Origin: Vicinamibacterales bacterium
GTDB lineage: Bacteria; Acidobacteriota; Vicinamibacteria; Vicinamibacterales; JAMQPK01
DNA length: 64,000 bases
NCBI GenBank assembly: GCA_963790545.1
Contig: CAWBPA010000012.1
Location: 6,461 to 70,460 of the forward strand
Reading direction: 5' to 3'
Positions 62,215-64,000 of the stretch are shown piece by piece. Numbering within the stretch: position 1 is the stretch's first letter; each line of letters starts with the position of its first letter. A program made the translations under genes and the position numbers. The notes below the pieces were generated by a model, which did no database searches, was not told where the DNA came from, and saw nothing but the letters and a program-made list of their open reading frames with translations.

Positions 62215-63111
62215 CTAGACCGCCGCCCAGTGCCCGGGCGACATTTCTCGCAGCGACAGCTCCGGCTCGAACCAGGCTGGGTCTACGGGAATTCGCTGCG
62301 GCTTCGCGTCCGGGTCCGGCACTGGCACGGCCGACAGCAGCGCCCGGGTGTACGGATGCTGAGGCGCCGAAAACAATTCCGCGGTTGGCCCCAGCTCGAC
62401 GATCCGCCCCCGGTACATGATGGCTACCCGAACGGAGATGTGTTCGACCAATCGCAGATCGTGCGCGATGAATAGATACGTGAGCTTGAGTCGCTCTTGA
62501 AGATCCATCAGCAGGTTGATGACCTGCGCTTGAATCGACACATCGAGTGCGGAGACCGGTTCATCGGCAATGATGAGCGACGGGTTCAGGGCCAGGGCCC
62601 GGGCCAGGCCAATGCGCTGACGTTGTCCGCCGCTGAACTGGTGTGGATATCGCTCGAGATGTGCGGGATCGAGCCCCACCAATCCGAACAGCTCAGCCAC
62701 GCGAACCCGGCGCTCGGCTGAAGTGCCCTGCCGGTGAATGATGAGCGGCTCCTCGACAATCTGTCTCGCCCGCATCCGCGGGTTCAGCGAAGAATATGGA
62801 TCCTGAAACACGATCTGCATGTGCCGTCGCGCGCGTCGGAGTTCCTGTCTCGAATACTTCAGGACGTCCGTGCCGCGGAACCACACCTCGCCCGACGTCG
62901 GCTCGATGAGCCGGAGGATACATCGTCCCGTGGTGGTCTTCCCGCTGCCGGATTCGCCCACGAGCCCAAACGTCTGACCTTCGTCGATGGTAAAGGTCAC
63001 ATCGTGAACCGCACGGGTTGACACGCGCGGTCCGAGAAATCCTCGGCGCTGGTCGAACTCTTTGCTGAGATGACGGACGTCCAGAAGGGGCACCTTGCCG
63101 TTGGAGGTCAT
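62215..63111 (-). CDS. oppF: Oligopeptide/dipeptide ABC ATPase
   Basis: [36 protein letters not shown]. Confidence 0.9.
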   Translation of the reverse strand: MTSNGKVPLLDVRHLSKEFDQRRGFLGPRVSTRAVHDVTFTIDEGQTFGLVGESGSGKTTTGRCILRLIEPTSGEVWFRGTDVLKYSRQELRRARRHMQIVFQDPYSSLNPRMRARQIVEEPLIIHRQGTSAERRVRVAELFGLVGLDPAHLERYPHQFSGGQRQRIGLARALALNPSLIIADEPVSALDVSIQAQVINLLMDLQERLKLTYLFIAHDLRLVEHISVRVAIMYRGRIVELGPTAELFSAPQHPYTRALLSAVPVPDPDAKPQRIPVDPAWFEPELSLREMSPGHWAAV

Positions 63112-64000
63112 TTGCGGCCTCCATCGGTCCCTTCGTGCAGGTAGCAGCGGGCTTCGTGTTCAGTCCCCACATCGAAGAACGGTGGCGGAGCGGTGTCGCA
63201 AAGCGCGAAGTGCTGCGGGCAGCGTGGACCGAACGCGCACCCCGGCGGGAGCGCGCCAATGTCCGGAACGGTTCCTTCGATCGCACGCAGCCGCGTGCCA
63301 GGTGTTGCACCGGGGATCGATGCGAGAAGTCCCTGCGTGTACGGATGCTTGGGAGCCCGAAAAATTTCTCGGACCGGTGATTCTTCGACGATGCGCCCGG
63401 CGTACATCACGGCGACGCGGTCGGCTGTTTCGGCGACGACCCCAAGGTCGTGCGTGATGAGCAGGAGCGACAGGCTGAACCGGGACTTCATTTCCCGAAG
63501 CAGATCGAGAATTTCGGCCTGGATGGTCACGTCGAGCGCCGTGGTGGGCTCATCCGCTATCAACAGTGCGGGACGGCAAGCCAGGGCAATGGCAATCAAC
63601 ACCCGCTGTCGCATGCCGCCCGATAGTTGATGCGGGTAATCGCGCACGCGTCGTGCGGGGTCGGGCAGCTTGACCGCGTCGACGAGCTCGATGGCGCGTT
63701 GACGCGCCTCGGTTCGATTGGCTTTCCCGTGGACCAGCAGCGCTTCGGCGATCTGATTGCCAACGGTCAGGACCGGATTCAGCGCGGTCATCGGTTCTTG
63801 AAAGATCAACGCGATCTCGGCGCCGCGGACGCGCCGTATCTCGGCTTCAGAGAGTTTCAGCAGGTCCCGGTCCCGGAAAACGATGGAACCGGCGGCAATT
63901 CGGCCTGGTGGCTGCACCAGACGAAGAATCGAGAGCGCGGTGACCGACTTGCCGCTGCCCGACTCGCCCACCAGGCACAAAGTTTCTCCAGCCCGCACGT
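63108..64000 (-). CDS. oppD: Oligopeptide/dipeptide ABC ATPase, 5'-truncated
   Basis: [34 protein letters not shown]. Confidence 0.9.
   Translation of the reverse strand, partial: VRAGETLCLVGESGSGKSVTALSILRLVQPPGRIAAGSIVFRDRDLLKLSEAEIRRVRGAEIALIFQEPMTALNPVLTVGNQIAEALLVHGKANRTEARQRAIELVDAVKLPDPARRVRDYPHQLSGGMRQRVLIAIALACRPALLIADEPTTALDVTIQAEILDLLREMKSRFSLSLLLITHDLGVVAETADRVAVMYAGRIVEESPVREIFRAPKHPYTQGLLASIPGATPGTRLRAIEGTVPDIGALPPGCAFGPRCPQHFALCDTAPPPFFDVGTEHEARCYLHEGTDGGRK

Overview
GC-rich (about 62% by eye) bacterial chromosomal window. Gene content (VWFA-type protein, PEGA/TonB proteins, kinase-TolB fusion, M28 peptidase) suggests Acidobacteriota, probably Vicinamibacteria; this is inference. 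It carries about 50 CDS: housekeeping genes (malQ, serC, pcnB, polA, pepF, ispG, apaG, acs, ino1, a xanthine-dehydrogenase-family triad, oppDF), a VapBC pair, and many envelope proteins. No rRNA, tRNA, CRISPR array or intact transposase was seen. Six or seven genes are broken by single +1 insertions, probably long-read errors; three of these turn AGTACT into AGGTACT. Main leads: (i) a degenerate GGDEF-HTH protein divergent from an orphan MshEN-PilB/GspE ATPase with a double zinc ribbon and a coupled J-domain protein, with a telomere-like G-quadruplex array over the GGDEF ribosome-binding site; (ii) two unusual TonB modules (pseudokinase-PEGA plus TPR-TonB; HTH-TM-TonB plus VWA); (iii) three FN3/IPT surface-protein paralogues behind sigma54-type promoters, with a scrambled duplicate of the upstream FAD-subunit gene; (iv) intergenic palindromes built from tandem 7-9-mers and GTAG REP doublets; (v) widespread leaderless promoter architecture.
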